Positions 46,701 through 58,870 of a DNA stretch of 64,000 nucleotides are shown here, one piece after another (position 1 is the stretch's first letter; every line of letters begins with the position of its first letter). The notes beneath the pieces were generated by a model. The model saw only the letters and a list, made by a program, of their open reading frames with translations, did no database searches and was not told the DNA's origin. This DNA comes from Tubulanus polymorphus (Eukaryota; Animalia; Nemertea). The stretch is from positions 8,296,275-8,360,274 of the forward strand of contig NC_134032.1 of the NCBI RefSeq assembly GCF_964204645.1, given 5' to 3'. The position numbers were made by a program, and so were the translations under genes.

Positions 46701-49700
46701 ATGCGCAAGAACATTGTGGCGATATGATTTTTTTTTCTAATTCGAAAATTTCGAGTTAATAAGTAAAAAGAAAATTATATGGCTACAATGCTCTTCCGTA
46801 CTAACTAACAGGTTACTTAAAATATCCCCTCAACATCCCTCACAGCATAACCATACGGGTAAATAATATAACCCTTTCCTCTCTCAGTCACTAACAGGTA
46901 GGCCTAACTGAATATCCCCTCATCACCCCTCAGAGCAACAGCATGCAGATAAATGATATCACCCTCCCCTCTCTCGATCACAAACAGGAAACTAAAAAAT
47001 ATCCCCTCAATTCGCCTCACAGCGACAACATACACGTAAATAATGTCATCCTCTCCTACCTCACAAACAGTAACTAAGTAACCCTTCAACTCCCCTTACA
47101 GAGACCCGATAGGGACCCTGTTATCCTGTTATATAAGAAATTGTCACACGCAAATTTTCTAAAATCTTGAAAATTCTACAATATCATTCTCATCGATGTT
47201 TTTGATTCTCGTCCGCAACAGTTGAAGTTGCTGAGGAGAGGGATTTTATCGACGACAACGACGTAGATTTCGAGCCAGAGGATGAACGACGTCCGTCGAA
47301 GGCATCCGTGTTGAAGTTGAAAAAAGAGCCATTCTTCGGGCCACCGCCGAACCGGCCGCTACAGGCGCTTTCGTGCAGGCGTTGTAGTAAAGAGTTCTAC
47401 GATAAAGCGGAATTAGCCCTGCACATACAGGAACATTTGAAGGTTCGTTATAGAATTTCTTTTATGAAAAGTAGAATCAGAATTTGAACAATTGATCTTC
47501 GATATTAAATTCATTCATCAATTAAATTCTTTTTATGGCTAAAAAGATCATCACAAAAGTTGATTGTAATCGGAAGTTTCAGTCAAGAATAATTTATCTG
47601 AATTATTTCAGGTAATTAAATTACATGTAAATCTGTAGCAGTTTTCACGAAACTTGATCAACTTTCATGACGATTAAAAACCTACATCATTGTCCATCCT
47701 CACTTAAAACAAATTTTATCGTAATCATCTAGTGTCATGATTAGTGACTAATCATGACACTAGATGATTATGATAAAATTTGGTTTCACCAAAGGGTTTT
47801 ATACGAAGGGGTTGACAAAATCTTTTTAGAAATTCTAATTCAGATGTTAAAGAAATTACTTGGTTGTACATGTAATATATTTGATATCAGCAGTCTCACA
47901 CCAATACACCATTTAAACAAATTAGCTGTTAAATCATCGTTATAGCTGATTTGCTGCGTTACTAGACATTCTAGGGTTAATAACTTTTTAGAAATTTTAG
48001 AAGTCAGGTATGAAAAAAAAACATTCTTTTTTCTCCACACAGGTGAACTCTTGCGAAATTTGCGAAATGTCGTTCTTCCAATTGGACGCCTTGAAACGAC
48101 ACATGGCGATGTTCCACCGTAACCCGATGACCGGCGATTCGTCGACGTCGAAAATCAAAAAAGAGAAAGCCTCCGACTACGGCGACGAGCACGAGACGGC
48201 GGGCGGTCGCGCCAGTAAGAAGCGTCGCGTAAGCCCTCCGCCGCGCAACCACCGCTACTCGACGCGCGGCATCCGTTTAGACATGGCCAAATTGACAGGA
48301 ATCAAACGCGAACCGCAAAGCAGCGACGAGGAGTATGTGCCAGAGAAACGCGAGCCGAAAAAATCGCCCACCGTAAAACGTGGCAGAGGCCGGCCGCGTA
48401 AAGTGGTGACACCCGCGGCCGAGGTAAAAATACGCAAACCGCGAGCGTTCGAAGAGACAAACGTCGATGCCGACGTATTAACGTCGATCGCGGGAGCCAA
48501 CGTCGAAGAATGTCAGGAATCGGTCAAACGAGTAGTCGACGCGGTTGTCAACGCCGTCGAGTTGTCGACGAACGTCGCCGGGGAGGCCGACGGGCTGAGA
48601 GACGAGAATATCAACGACGATGATTTCGACGATCGTGCTGAACGCGTGGACGACGAGGCAAGACCGGACGACGTCGACGTCGAGGGGGATGAGGACGATG
48701 AGGCAGAAGAGGGAGAAGATGAAAGCGGGATCGCGGTGCCGGAGATGAACGATGAGGAACTAGCGAGCTACGAACGCGAGGAAGACGGGTTGGTGTTGGA
48801 TCGCGAGCAGTTGAAAATCGAATCGAACGACCGCGAAAAATGTTACATCGTGTACACGTTCATGGCTCGAGTGGACGACCTAGAGCAGCAGCCAACGCAA
48901 TCCGGTATCGAGCAAACACAATCATCAACTTTGGGTCAGACTGATGAGTCCGGTATAGGGCAGATGGAATCTGGTCTCGAGCAGATGGAATGCAGTTTAG
49001 AGCAGACACAAACTGATATCGGGCAAACAGAGTCTAATTTAGAGCAAATGGAAACCAATATAGGGCAGACTGAGTCCAGTTTGGAGCAGATTGAATCCGG
49101 TCTAGAGCAGATCGAATCCGTTTTGCAGCCAACGGCATCGAGCGTCGTCGAACGAATCGAACCTGGTGCGCAAATCTACGAGTGCCGGGCATGCGGGCGT
49201 CTCTTCAGCCGCGATGTGTTTGCTGAGAAGCACGTCAGCGTCACGCACGGCTTCGTCTGTTCGTACTGCACGAAGTCGTTTCGCAAAGACACCACGTACC
49301 AGGTGCACCGCTGCAAACAAATGGTCGAAGGCGTCAAACCAGATGCCGATGGTGTCTACCACTGTCCGGAATGCGATAAGAAATTTGCAACCGTCGACAC
49401 GCTGCACCCGCATTTGTTCGGGCACCGGCGCAAGCTGCAGTGCCGCCTGTGCAAGCGGTCGTTCATGCGTAAGGAAACGTACCGGAAGCACGCGTGTCCG
49501 GCGAAACGGCCGGCGGCGAAAACGTACCGCTGCGACATCTGCAACATGACGTTCGCGACGGCGAAATATCTGTTCCGGCACCTGGCTGCGCACACGGAAC
49601 GTTTCAAGTGTATCAAGTGCAGCCATTCGTTTTCGCGCAAGCAGAGTTTGCTGTCGCACATCAATAAATGCAATCCGGCTCAGTTCCGCGCAATGGGCAT

Positions 49701-51684
49701 CTCGGCGTTTCCGTGCCGCATTTGTAACCGCGTGTTCAGCGAGGCGGTCAAACTCGACAACCACATGGTCATGCACGAAGGCAAGTACAAGTGCGACGTT
49801 TGCTTCAAGAGCTTCACGAACATGAATACGCTGAAGCTGCACATTTGCTCGTCGTCGAAAACCGAGGACAAGTCGCTGGTGATCGACGCGGTCGTGACGC
49901 CGACGGCCGAGTTGCCGATCGTCAAATGCGACGGCGGTTACGCGTGCCGCCTGTGCGACAAACACTTCGCCACCGAGAGACTGCACGAGAAACACATGAC
50001 GGCGCACACTGAGAAACTGGTCTGTGACTTCTGCGACACGGCGTTCCAGCGAAGACTCGAGTTGAACTCGCACGTGGTCGTGTGTCGCGCGACCGGCGCA
50101 CTGAAGGAGACCGGACGCGTCAGCTGCGAAGTCTGCCCGCTCGTGTTCATCGACTTGGCCGAGTACAAACGCCATGTCGACGTGGCGCACACGCAGCCGT
50201 TCCGCTGCGACACGTGCGAACGCCACTTCCGCAGTTTGCTGCGCAAAATCGAGCATGAGCGCGTCTGCTTGAAAATGACGAACGACCAACTGGAGAACTT
50301 AGTCTGCCAGTCGTGCGGCAAAATATTCAAAGACGCGCAGAGCCTTGCGCGGCACATGATCGTGCATCAACGGCCGCAGCACCACTGCGATGACTGCGGC
50401 AAGGACTTCTACCGACGCGACTACTTCAACCAGCACACGTGTCGGCGCGCGGATGGCACCGTCGTGCAACTGCAGCGCGGCAAGTACGACGGCGCAGAGC
50501 AGAACACGACGCCGCACATTTGCCATTTGTGCGGCAATTCGTACATCAGCTATGGCAACTTGAACAAGCACTTGATACGGCACGGCGAAAAAACGGTCCC
50601 TTGTCCCGTCTGCGAGAAAATGTTCCACCTGGAATCCGCGATGAAGGAGCACCTGAAACACGTGCACTCGAACGACAAGTGCGCGCAGTGCCCGCACTGC
50701 GGCAAGATGATGAAGTCGAAGAACTCGCTCGGCGCGCACATCAAGCAATTCCACCGCGACAACGTCGTGTTGTATCCGTGTCAACACTGCGGCAAGGCGT
50801 TCCGACAGCGCGGCAACATGCTCAAACACATGCTCATGCACTCGTCGCACAAGACGTACGCCTGTCCGTACTGCGATAAATCGTTCAAGTACCCGGAACA
50901 GTTGCACAAGCACAAACTCGAACACGAACAAGGCCGACAGTTCAACTGCGCTGACTGCAATCGCTGGTTCGTCAAAGAGTACGAGTTGCGCAAGCACAAC
51001 GCCGTCTTTCACAGCGGCGTTATGTACACGTGCGAATTCTGCCCGACCGATTGTCGGCACATACACACGCTGAAACGGCACATCCGACGTCGGCATCCCG
51101 ATCGTTTGTACTTGCTGAACGACGCGTCGTACTTACGCAGTTTACAACGAATCGTCTCGGAAGGTGCCGTCGCGGCCGCGGCTGAAGACGATGATAACGA
51201 CGATGTCGAGAACATCGTCGCCAAGCAACCGAAACAGACGATTCAAACGATTCGCATTTTGCAGCCCGGTTCCGGCTCAGACCGCCTGCAAGAGATGGAA
51301 ATCGAGCTGACCGGCATCGACCAGCCGCCGCAGCAGCAGCACGTCGAACCTATGCAGGAGGTGACTATCGAAGAAATCCAAAACGACGCCGACCTTCAGC
51401 AGGTGCAGCGTTTGGTCGGCGAGGCGTCGGTGGCGCGCGAAGGCAACGAGGCGGCGCAGACGGTCAGCATCGAGTTCATGTCGCACGAGGCGGCCGAGGT
51501 TCTTCAGAGTTTGTCGACGACCAGCGGCGACGTGCAGACAGTCACGCTGGCCGATTTGACGCGTTTGACCGCTGGTCAAGAGGGCGCGACGCACATCATA
51601 CACCAGGACGGCGAGTCGCAGGAGTATATACTTGTACCGCTGATAAACGCCACCGATGAACAACACGCTATTACTACTGGTTGA
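40775..51684 (+). CDS. PRDM15: PR/SET domain zinc finger protein, PRDM10/15 clade (1499 aa, 23 fingers, AT-hook)
   Basis: Exons 40775-40808, 41495-41576, 42455-42617, 43321-43460, 45692-45795, 46549-46662, 47222-47442, 48043-51684 sum to 4500 nt in frame. Features: zinc knuckle CDICGGDHYTEQCPELG; PR domain RARSTLPNNLE..TRFGP..CNWMVLVR..QNLMAFQ..ELRVWYAPHYA; AT-hook KRGRGRPRK. Orthology to PRDM15 versus PRDM10 is not resolved. Confidence 0.88.
43823..44256 (+). mobile_element. Internally deleted hAT-like transposon in a PRDM intron
   Basis: TIRs CAGAGATGCTAG / CTAGCATCTCTG. It retains a transposase N-terminal zinc-finger fragment KFNWHWL..AYCVVCKDQVKYGSGGKKDILRH..SARHK. Confidence 0.75.
45918..46220. 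mobile_element. hAT-like MITE
   Basis: CAGGGCCGGCG / CGCCGGCCCTG termini; the target-site duplication is poor. Confidence 0.6.
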
Positions 51685-53413
51685 TCGATCAGTTGATATA
51701 CTAACTTATGTGCCAATAGATCGAGATATTGGTTAATTGATTTATGAATTTGCAGTATCAGTCAATAAGTTTGCTATGATTAATAAGGTTGATATTTGTT
51801 AATTGATTTAGAAATAGGTCGATATAGGTTAGGCTACTGGATTTATATTTTGATTAATTTACTAATAGATTGATAGTGGTGGATAAATTTGCAAATATAT
51901 TAATATTGCTTAATCAATTTGCAAATAGAATGAATGATTAAATTTGTTAATGCAACTGAAAAAAATGTACATTTTTAACATCAAATTTATCAATTTTGAA
52001 TTATTGAGTAATGGAAATTGATTGATTAAAATTGAATTAGTTACTGTGTATAATTAATTGATTGCCATTCATTTACTCACTATTTTTATAATTTATATTA
52101 ATTCGTTTACGGTGTCTTGGGTTAGATAGTAATTGTCATTGTATTTGATATATTTTTTGTATGGCGTGGTGAAATTGACTCCAGAGTAAAAGAAATTGGA
52201 ATGAACTCCAAGTAGACTCCGTCCATAGCGGCACTGTTCTAATCAGTGATAATCAGTTCAAACCGGTAGAATGATAAAAAGATTATCTGTCCCTACTGTT
52301 TGTCAAAGTGAAACAAGTCTGAAAATTTATAGGCCTACCTTTGTTTAGAGGAATAAAAGCGAATTTTATTCATGAAAAAAGTAAAATCCAAAGACAACGT
52401 TTCAGACTCCTAGTGACCATCGTCAGGTGTGCGCCGTTTGACCTTTGAAATTTTGCATATACAGTAAAAGGCCTTTGATAATGCCTCCGTTAGGACCAAT
52501 GAAAAACAAGGCATTTTCATTCAATATGAGTTAGATTTGGCAAATTTGTTCTCTGAATAATGTTGGTATTAAATGAGCAGTGGTATTAAAAAGGATAGCG
52601 TTATGATGGACTTTGACTGTAGCGATGTTTTCGCCTATCTATACATCTATACCGGTATTGTCCTAGCGCTATGGACAGCATCTCCTGTGATTCAAACTCT
52701 GTATATTCGGACATATCTCAGCAAGGGTGGATAAAGGACAGAGTGTAAGAAAAGCCCTTCTTAGTCCTAAATCCTCTTTGGGAGGGCCACCAGAAGTCCA
52801 CACTAATTTTCGTGCTTAATTACAGTCCTCGCATTACCAAATCTGCCCTTTTCAAAAAGTGCAAATTCGCTTGTCCATCCCTTCAAAGAGTCCTAGATCC
52901 GCCCTTGCGCAGCTGTGTGGAACTGGACCTTAGAGGGCTAGATTTCATTTTGACTCAATTAAATTCCTTTCAATGTTTTAACCCTGGGGTAAATTTTGAT
53001 CCAGAATTGTGGAACTGACGATTTTTTTTTTGTTTCAATAAAAACGTGTCTTTGTTTTATGAGATTTTTTTTCAAGAGTAGTGTGTTCTTGCGTAATGAA
53101 AATACATGTTGATGTAGAACTTAAAAGGTTTCCAGTAAAAAAAAAAGAATTGTATTTTAAAAACTTGTATATTCCCAAGTTTTCCTTCTTTCGTTTTTAC
53201 ATGCTGAAACGAAATATGCCAGAGAATTGTGAATATATTTATTTGATTCATTGAATAAAGATCTGACACTGCATTTTTTCACCTAAAGATTTGTCAGTTT
53301 TTTTTGTTTTCATTTCTTCGGTTATCGCCACCCGCCTGGGTGTTTTTTTTTGCCACTTCGGGATCAACCTGGGTTGACCTTTATAGACCTATGTGTAGAA
53401 TGGTTCTGAGAGT

Positions 53414-53525
53414 GACCCCAGTGAAGTTCATAACTTGTTCCTTATTCCGTTACTTATTGAGAATTCATCTCCCAATAAGGAACAAGTAACAAGTTACTTT
53501 TTCCTTATTGGGAGATGAATTCTGT
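53414..53525. repeat. Left arm of a foldback-like inverted repeat
   Basis: GACCCCAGTGAAGTTCATAACTTGTTCCTTATTCCGTTACTTATTGAGAATTCATCTCCCAATAAGGAAC is the reverse complement of about 58790-58870. Confidence 0.85.
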
Positions 53526-53777
53526 TGAATTTTTTTTTTTGTATTTGTACAACAATGAACGGTTTCCGCTGCTGCAATACCTGTTTTATACAATGATTCA
53601 CATCGTTATTCTCTTTATCTCTAGTAGTTTGAATTTACTGTGTTGTTTTTCTGAAATTGCTTTATCGTTCACGATTCGATATCGTTGTTTTAAAAGACTA
53701 TATGTTACAATACACGAATTTATACCCTTTCGATCGGATCGCAACAGGGCGGCGGCCTTCGAAGAGTTGCACACAAT

Positions 53778-53850
53778 CAGCCGACAGGGTTTGAACCGAT
53801 AGCGAATACAACAGCATCACGCCTTTTCCAACTGAGCTACTGAGGCCGCT
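53778..53850 (-). mobile_element. tRNA-like SINE head
   Basis: Minus strand has A-box TAGCTCAGTTGG and B-box GGTTCAAACC, but no complete cloverleaf. Confidence 0.5.
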
Positions 53851-54407
53851 GTTCGGGCAGGGTTGAGAAATCCATGTGGTGAAAAACGAACTAGATTTTT
53901 TGCCGGAATAATATGAATAACTATTAAACTAACACAATTAATAAATTACTGCCAAAGCTTGATCACGTTTATTTCTCCATAGATCAGAATTGTTTTAAAT
54001 TCGTATATTTAAGGTTTTAATTTCGAAAGCTCGTTGAGTGGTGCCATCAAGTCAGCGATCTTAGAAATATCTTCGGCCTGAAAGACACGATTATGATACG
54101 ATGTAATGGAAGTCATTCCTATGGTAAATACTGCAAGGTTGCTTCAAAGGGGGACAACAAATCATAATACGATATCAAACTTAACCAAAATATGCAACGC
54201 CATCCTCGCTTGCCGGGGTTTTACTGCCTCCCGTCGAAGCTCACGCCAACACTAACTGGTCCTGGTCGGAGTACCTTCATTGGTCTAATTACACCGGCCT
54301 AGATTTGTAGCTGATCGGCGGGAGGCAATCAAACACCAAGTGACGCATACGACGACAAAACGCATAGATGCAGTTCCACTGGGAGTTGAAATTTGACCGC
54401 CTTGTTA

Positions 54408-56147
54408 TTACGTTATTACAACCAACGCGGATAGATGGCGCATGGGAATAAATTTCTGGCATCATCGATGACACAACAGCGATAAACGATGTGAATTGAT
54501 TGAAACATTTAGCGATGATCAACGAAATAAACATGAAAATACTTACGCTTGACTTGGACATATCGATAGCCGGGTTAGGACATACACCAGGTATCGGGTG
54601 CGTACCAGCCACGGTATCTACTTTCAATGTCAAATCTACCACGCCTGGAATATAGTGTAAATATGTTCAAAGTGCCCTTTTCTGTTGTTGGTTCGGTTGG
54701 AAATCACCCCGAGATAAGATGCCGTTCTTGACTTACCCATGAAAAAGTTCTTAGCTGTAATTGTCTTCAGTTGACAAGTTTGAGCATCGAACGCCATGTC
54801 TCCGAGTATGAATGTGTGGTAGGTGATGACGCCGTTAGTTGTCGTGTTTTTAGACATATCACCTGCCAATTGTTGTTAATTATGCGTGATAAATACCAAA
54901 AAGTATCAGATAAGTGATAGTAAACTGTGATAGTGGGTGATAGTGCAGAGTTGAGAATCAGGGAACTCGCTAGCTTTTTTCCAATAGTTTCATTAGGGTT
55001 AGAAATCACTGCTGTGAGTGGTTTAGCTGGTTGACCAATGCCGAGCTTAAGTCTGAATACTAAAATTGCGTCTGAATACTAAAATTGCGTCTAAATAATG
55101 GCGTGAATCAGAATTATATCAATAAACTTACGATGAAGACATCTGTTCTTGATACCATGTTCAAAATAGTCATCTAATACTTTGAAGAGTGATGGGGATA
55201 GTAGTCCGTTCAAACATTTTCTGTTGCCTCCCGGGATAATCTGTAAATGCTAAAAAAGGGTCGCAAGCGGTCAGTACTTATTATGCGTATTGTCAAATCA
55301 GGCGCATATCCGATAGATTGTTTCCCAAGAAAAATCCATTGAATAAATGTTTGATTTCACAAAATGCCCAAACGACTGGACAGCTGTTTGGAGCCGCGGC
55401 CGAAGATAAAGAGAAGTTTTTAAACTCTTATTGCAAAAATCACGACAATGCATACGTTTTTCAATAGTTTAATATAGGAATCAAATGCGAATGTTGTGTT
55501 AATTCCTGTCTCAAAGTCAGCGTTCCAAACGTTTGTATGCAATCGTTTATTCGGTAGGTCCAGGTCAAAACTGCAAACATAAAAAGAGAATAATATAGTA
55601 TATTAATTGTCGAATCTGTAATACGGATACTGTTAGCGGTCCGTAACGATAGAATAAAATGATGCGTTTTAAATATCCATTTTGATGGATATTAAATTAA
55701 CATAATTTGTTTTTAATCCCAACGTAACACATTCAAGGCCTACAACTCAGATTGAAGCTGTCGCAAATACGTGGCTTTCTTCATATAAGGCCTCAATAAG
55801 CCAACATAGAATTCTTTTTTACAAATACGCACAGAACACAGAAACGCGGAATCATTTGATCTCGTAAACATTGTTTCCCGAAACCATGTTTATCGTACAC
55901 TATACATATGGAAACGCTCGGAAACATGAATCTGTTTCCTTCCCGTTCGTTTGGCTTAAGAAAGACATGCTTACAATCCGTTAATCCTGAATTGTTTGAT
56001 CTCGGGAAGTCTTCTAGCCAGGATACTCGTCGTTTTCATGTCGAACTCCCCGGATATCTTCAAGGGAAAGCAGCCGCACTCGTTGTTTGCTGGTGCCGCG
56101 GATATCAAACCGACCAGAAAACTAAAAAGCATAATCATCACCGCCAT
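54408..56147 (-). CDS. Secreted ependymin-related (EPDR)-like protein, about 250 aa, with a possible frame lesion at the exon 4/5 junction
   Basis: Exons 56147-55975, 55570-55456, 55240-55132, 55059-about 54971, 54862-54737, 54644-54547, 54455-54408. A signal peptide MAVMIMLFSFLVGLISA is followed by CGCFP..GEF, FDLDLPNKRL, NRKC, NRCL, TCQL and PGVCP, a cysteine spacing reminiscent of EPDRs. All junctions are GT-AG and in phase except exon 4, whose only donor-like site is GCGAGT, one base out of phase. Confidence 0.62.
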
Positions 56148-57637
56148 ACTGAGGTATTCGAACGATCAGCAGAATTGTATATATCTTGACACCGAAACTA
56201 ATCGTAACAGGACACACGCTGTTTTATATAGTAACTGTGTAATCATATCATTCTGGTTAAACATAGCGCAGACAAACAACAGTTTGTTCAGTTGCATAAT
56301 TTCGCATCACAAGCTGTTTTTTAATCAACATCGATTATATACGAACCAATCGACGGAGATATTTGAGATGCGCGTGGGCAAAACAATGGTGTCAACGTAC
56401 TTTAGGTCGTTAGATCGAATCGTATCCGGTGTTTTTCGCTGTGTTTAGGGGGAATGACCTCAAATTTCAGTTTGTTAGGAACTGAAGATGTGTATATTAT
56501 TTCTTTCGTTAAATGACTTATTTCATCTGTGGTCTCCTGCAAAAAGAGTTAAGACCAGATATTCGATATACAAGAGAATAGAAATTATAAGAGAGATGAA
56601 AAAAGATATATACATTCATCCACGAAGTCACTTATTTGCGGCGTATTACTACATCACTTGGTGTAAACGCGTCGCTGTGCTGAGAGGTGCGAAAACAGCA
56701 AAATCGTTTCCAATCGAACATGAAATCATGGAATGATGTGGCAGAGCACTGATTCATTTCTTGAGGATTGACAAATTCGATGTTCACATTTTTGAATGTT
56801 TGGGGCTACAAGAACCAAGACTAAAAACGGTATCATTACCATAATAAGCTTTGTCTATTATCTATGAGAAATACACGGTCCGACCGATTAGTTTGGAATT
56901 GATTGGAGCGCATTTAATTTTGGTCAGATATCGAGGCCTACACCCACCTCACATATCAATAACTGTAACCTTCCCAAAACTAAGCCGCCAGATAACGCTG
57001 CTCAATGGGAAGTATTACTGCTAAACTTGTCAAATCAGGTCTATAATGTTTATGATTCCATCCGGTAGTATGTAAATAGTATGTTCTGTAAATAACGCTT
57101 GTTATGTCTTAAAATACGTTTTCATTTACCTCCTAAATGAATACTGTTTTTTTCTCCTCCATATACCATAGAAGTGGTTGGAGTGTAATGAATATTCGTA
57201 TTCGTGTTAAAAGTATTGAGAGCAATCTGATCGAATATGTATTAAAACATGTGTGTAACTGAAGCTTTTATGCGTACATATTGTTATTGACTGCATGTTG
57301 TTTTTGTAGAACGATTTTATCTTTTATACGATATATAATCTGTATCCTAAATGTACATTTGTTGTTTGTGATGAAAGTGAAGTTTAAGTCTAGACTTCGG
57401 TCTGTCGAATATCTGGTCTTAACTCGCTGAACGGCGTAAGCCAACCTCGACGTTAAAACACGATTGCATAACTATTTCTGCTAAAGTGAGCGTTTTAGTG
57501 AGCGTTTAACCTGAACCTTTAGCTACGTCACTAAGTTGCATTAATTTATATACAGCTATGTGAATACATTACAAGGCGATGTCTGATTCGTTTCTTGTAA
57601 CTTATTCGCTAGATGGCGCGAGTATACTATTGTAGTT

Positions 57638-57813
57638 GAAGATTATGTTTGTCTCGGAGTAAAATTTAATTGGAATGGTAACTTTGCTAAGGCAAACAAC
57701 TATCTTTACGATAAAGCTATGGGAGCTATGTTTTCGATCGTTCAAAAAGGCAGACGTTTGAAATTGCCCATAGATGTCGTGTTTAAATTATTTGATATGT
57801 GTGTTGCTCTATA
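57638..57813 (+). mobile_element. Non-LTR retrotransposon ORF2 fragment
   Basis: DYVCLGVKFNWNGNFAKA..KAMGAMFSI..LKLPIDVVFKLFD..LYG resembles the YLG motif and thumb region of LINE reverse transcriptases. Confidence 0.7.
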
Positions 57814-58186
57814 CGGAAGCGATAAGGGGCCTCGAGATGTCGCGTTCCAACTCGACAAGTCGCCATATTTATGTCGACATATTGCGATATATCGCGTCAA
57901 GTCGACATGAATATGTTCACATAGCGTGACGTTTTCACGACAAATTTCGCTTTTTCGCCCATTTTCCACGGGACGAGTCGTCATTTGAAGACATGTCGAA
58001 ATGTAAGATGAGGACACCAGCGATATGACGACTGAGTTTGAAGTCGTCATGAATATGTCGACTTGTCGCGAGGAAAGTGGTCGAGAGAACGAAATATGTC
58101 GTCAAAACGTCAACGCGATATGTCGACATGAATATGGCGACTTGTCGAGTTGGAACGCGACAACTCGAGGCCCTTTATCGCTTCCG
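57814..58186. mobile_element. TA-flanked palindromic MITE
   Basis: TA|CGGAAGCGATAAGGGGCCTCGAG...CTCGAGGCCCTTTATCGCTTCCG|TA, with inverted arms and GTCGAC-rich subrepeats. Confidence 0.85.
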
Positions 58187-58394
58187 TACGTAACCGCTCT
58201 CGCGGTCGACACACGTGGTAACGCAATCGTGTTTACTACGTCTGGATTGGCTCGCGCCATCACCTGGCGATTTGTTGTCAAGGTCGAGGTCGAGTTTGTT
58301 TATCAGCAGAGTAGACATCGTTACGTAAAATATCTGGACTACGGCAAAGTGTATACCAGTGCCACCTGGCGAATAAGTACAGCGAGAAAATCTG

Positions 58395-58870
58395 ACTTGT
58401 TCCTTATTGGGAGATGAATTCTGAATAAGTAACGAAAATTGACCCGGTAAAGACGAAAATCTGAATAAGAAACAAGGAACAAGTTACTTGTTCCTTATTG
58501 GGACATGAATTCTCAATAAGTAACGAAAATTGAACAGGTTCCTTATTGGGAGATGAATTCTCATTAAGTAACGACAATTGAACCGGTAAAGACGAAAATC
58601 TGAATAAGGAACAAGTAACAAGTTACTTGTTCCTTATTGGGAGGTGAATTCTCAATAAGTAACGAAAATTGAACCGGTAAAGACGAAAATCTGAATAAGG
58701 AACAAGTAACAAGTTACTTGTTCCTTATTGGGAGATGAATTCTCAATAAGTAACAAGATAAATCTGAATAAGGAACAAGTAACATGTTACAATGTTCCTT
58801 ATTGGGAGATGAATTCTCAATAAGTAACGGAATAAGGAATAAGGAACTAGTAATGAACTTCACTGGGGTC
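58395..58870. repeat. Right arm of the foldback-like repeat, built of about 91-bp tandem units
   Basis: Five to six copies of CTTGTTCCTTATTGGGAGATGAATTCTCAATAAGTAACG, ending ATGAACTTCACTGGGGTC. Confidence 0.9.

Noticed and set aside
49102-51096. Long antisense ORFs (395 aa and 265 aa) opposite the PRDM exon
   Set aside because: These are shadow frames produced by GC/CpG-biased codon use and show no recognisable domains.
53778-53850. tRNA gene
   Set aside because: A and B boxes are present but there is no convincing anticodon arm or acceptor stem; better explained as a SINE head.
57742-58417. Mirror ORFs sharing ICRH.YGDLSSWNAT
   Set aside because: They are translations of the palindromic MITE at 57814-58186.
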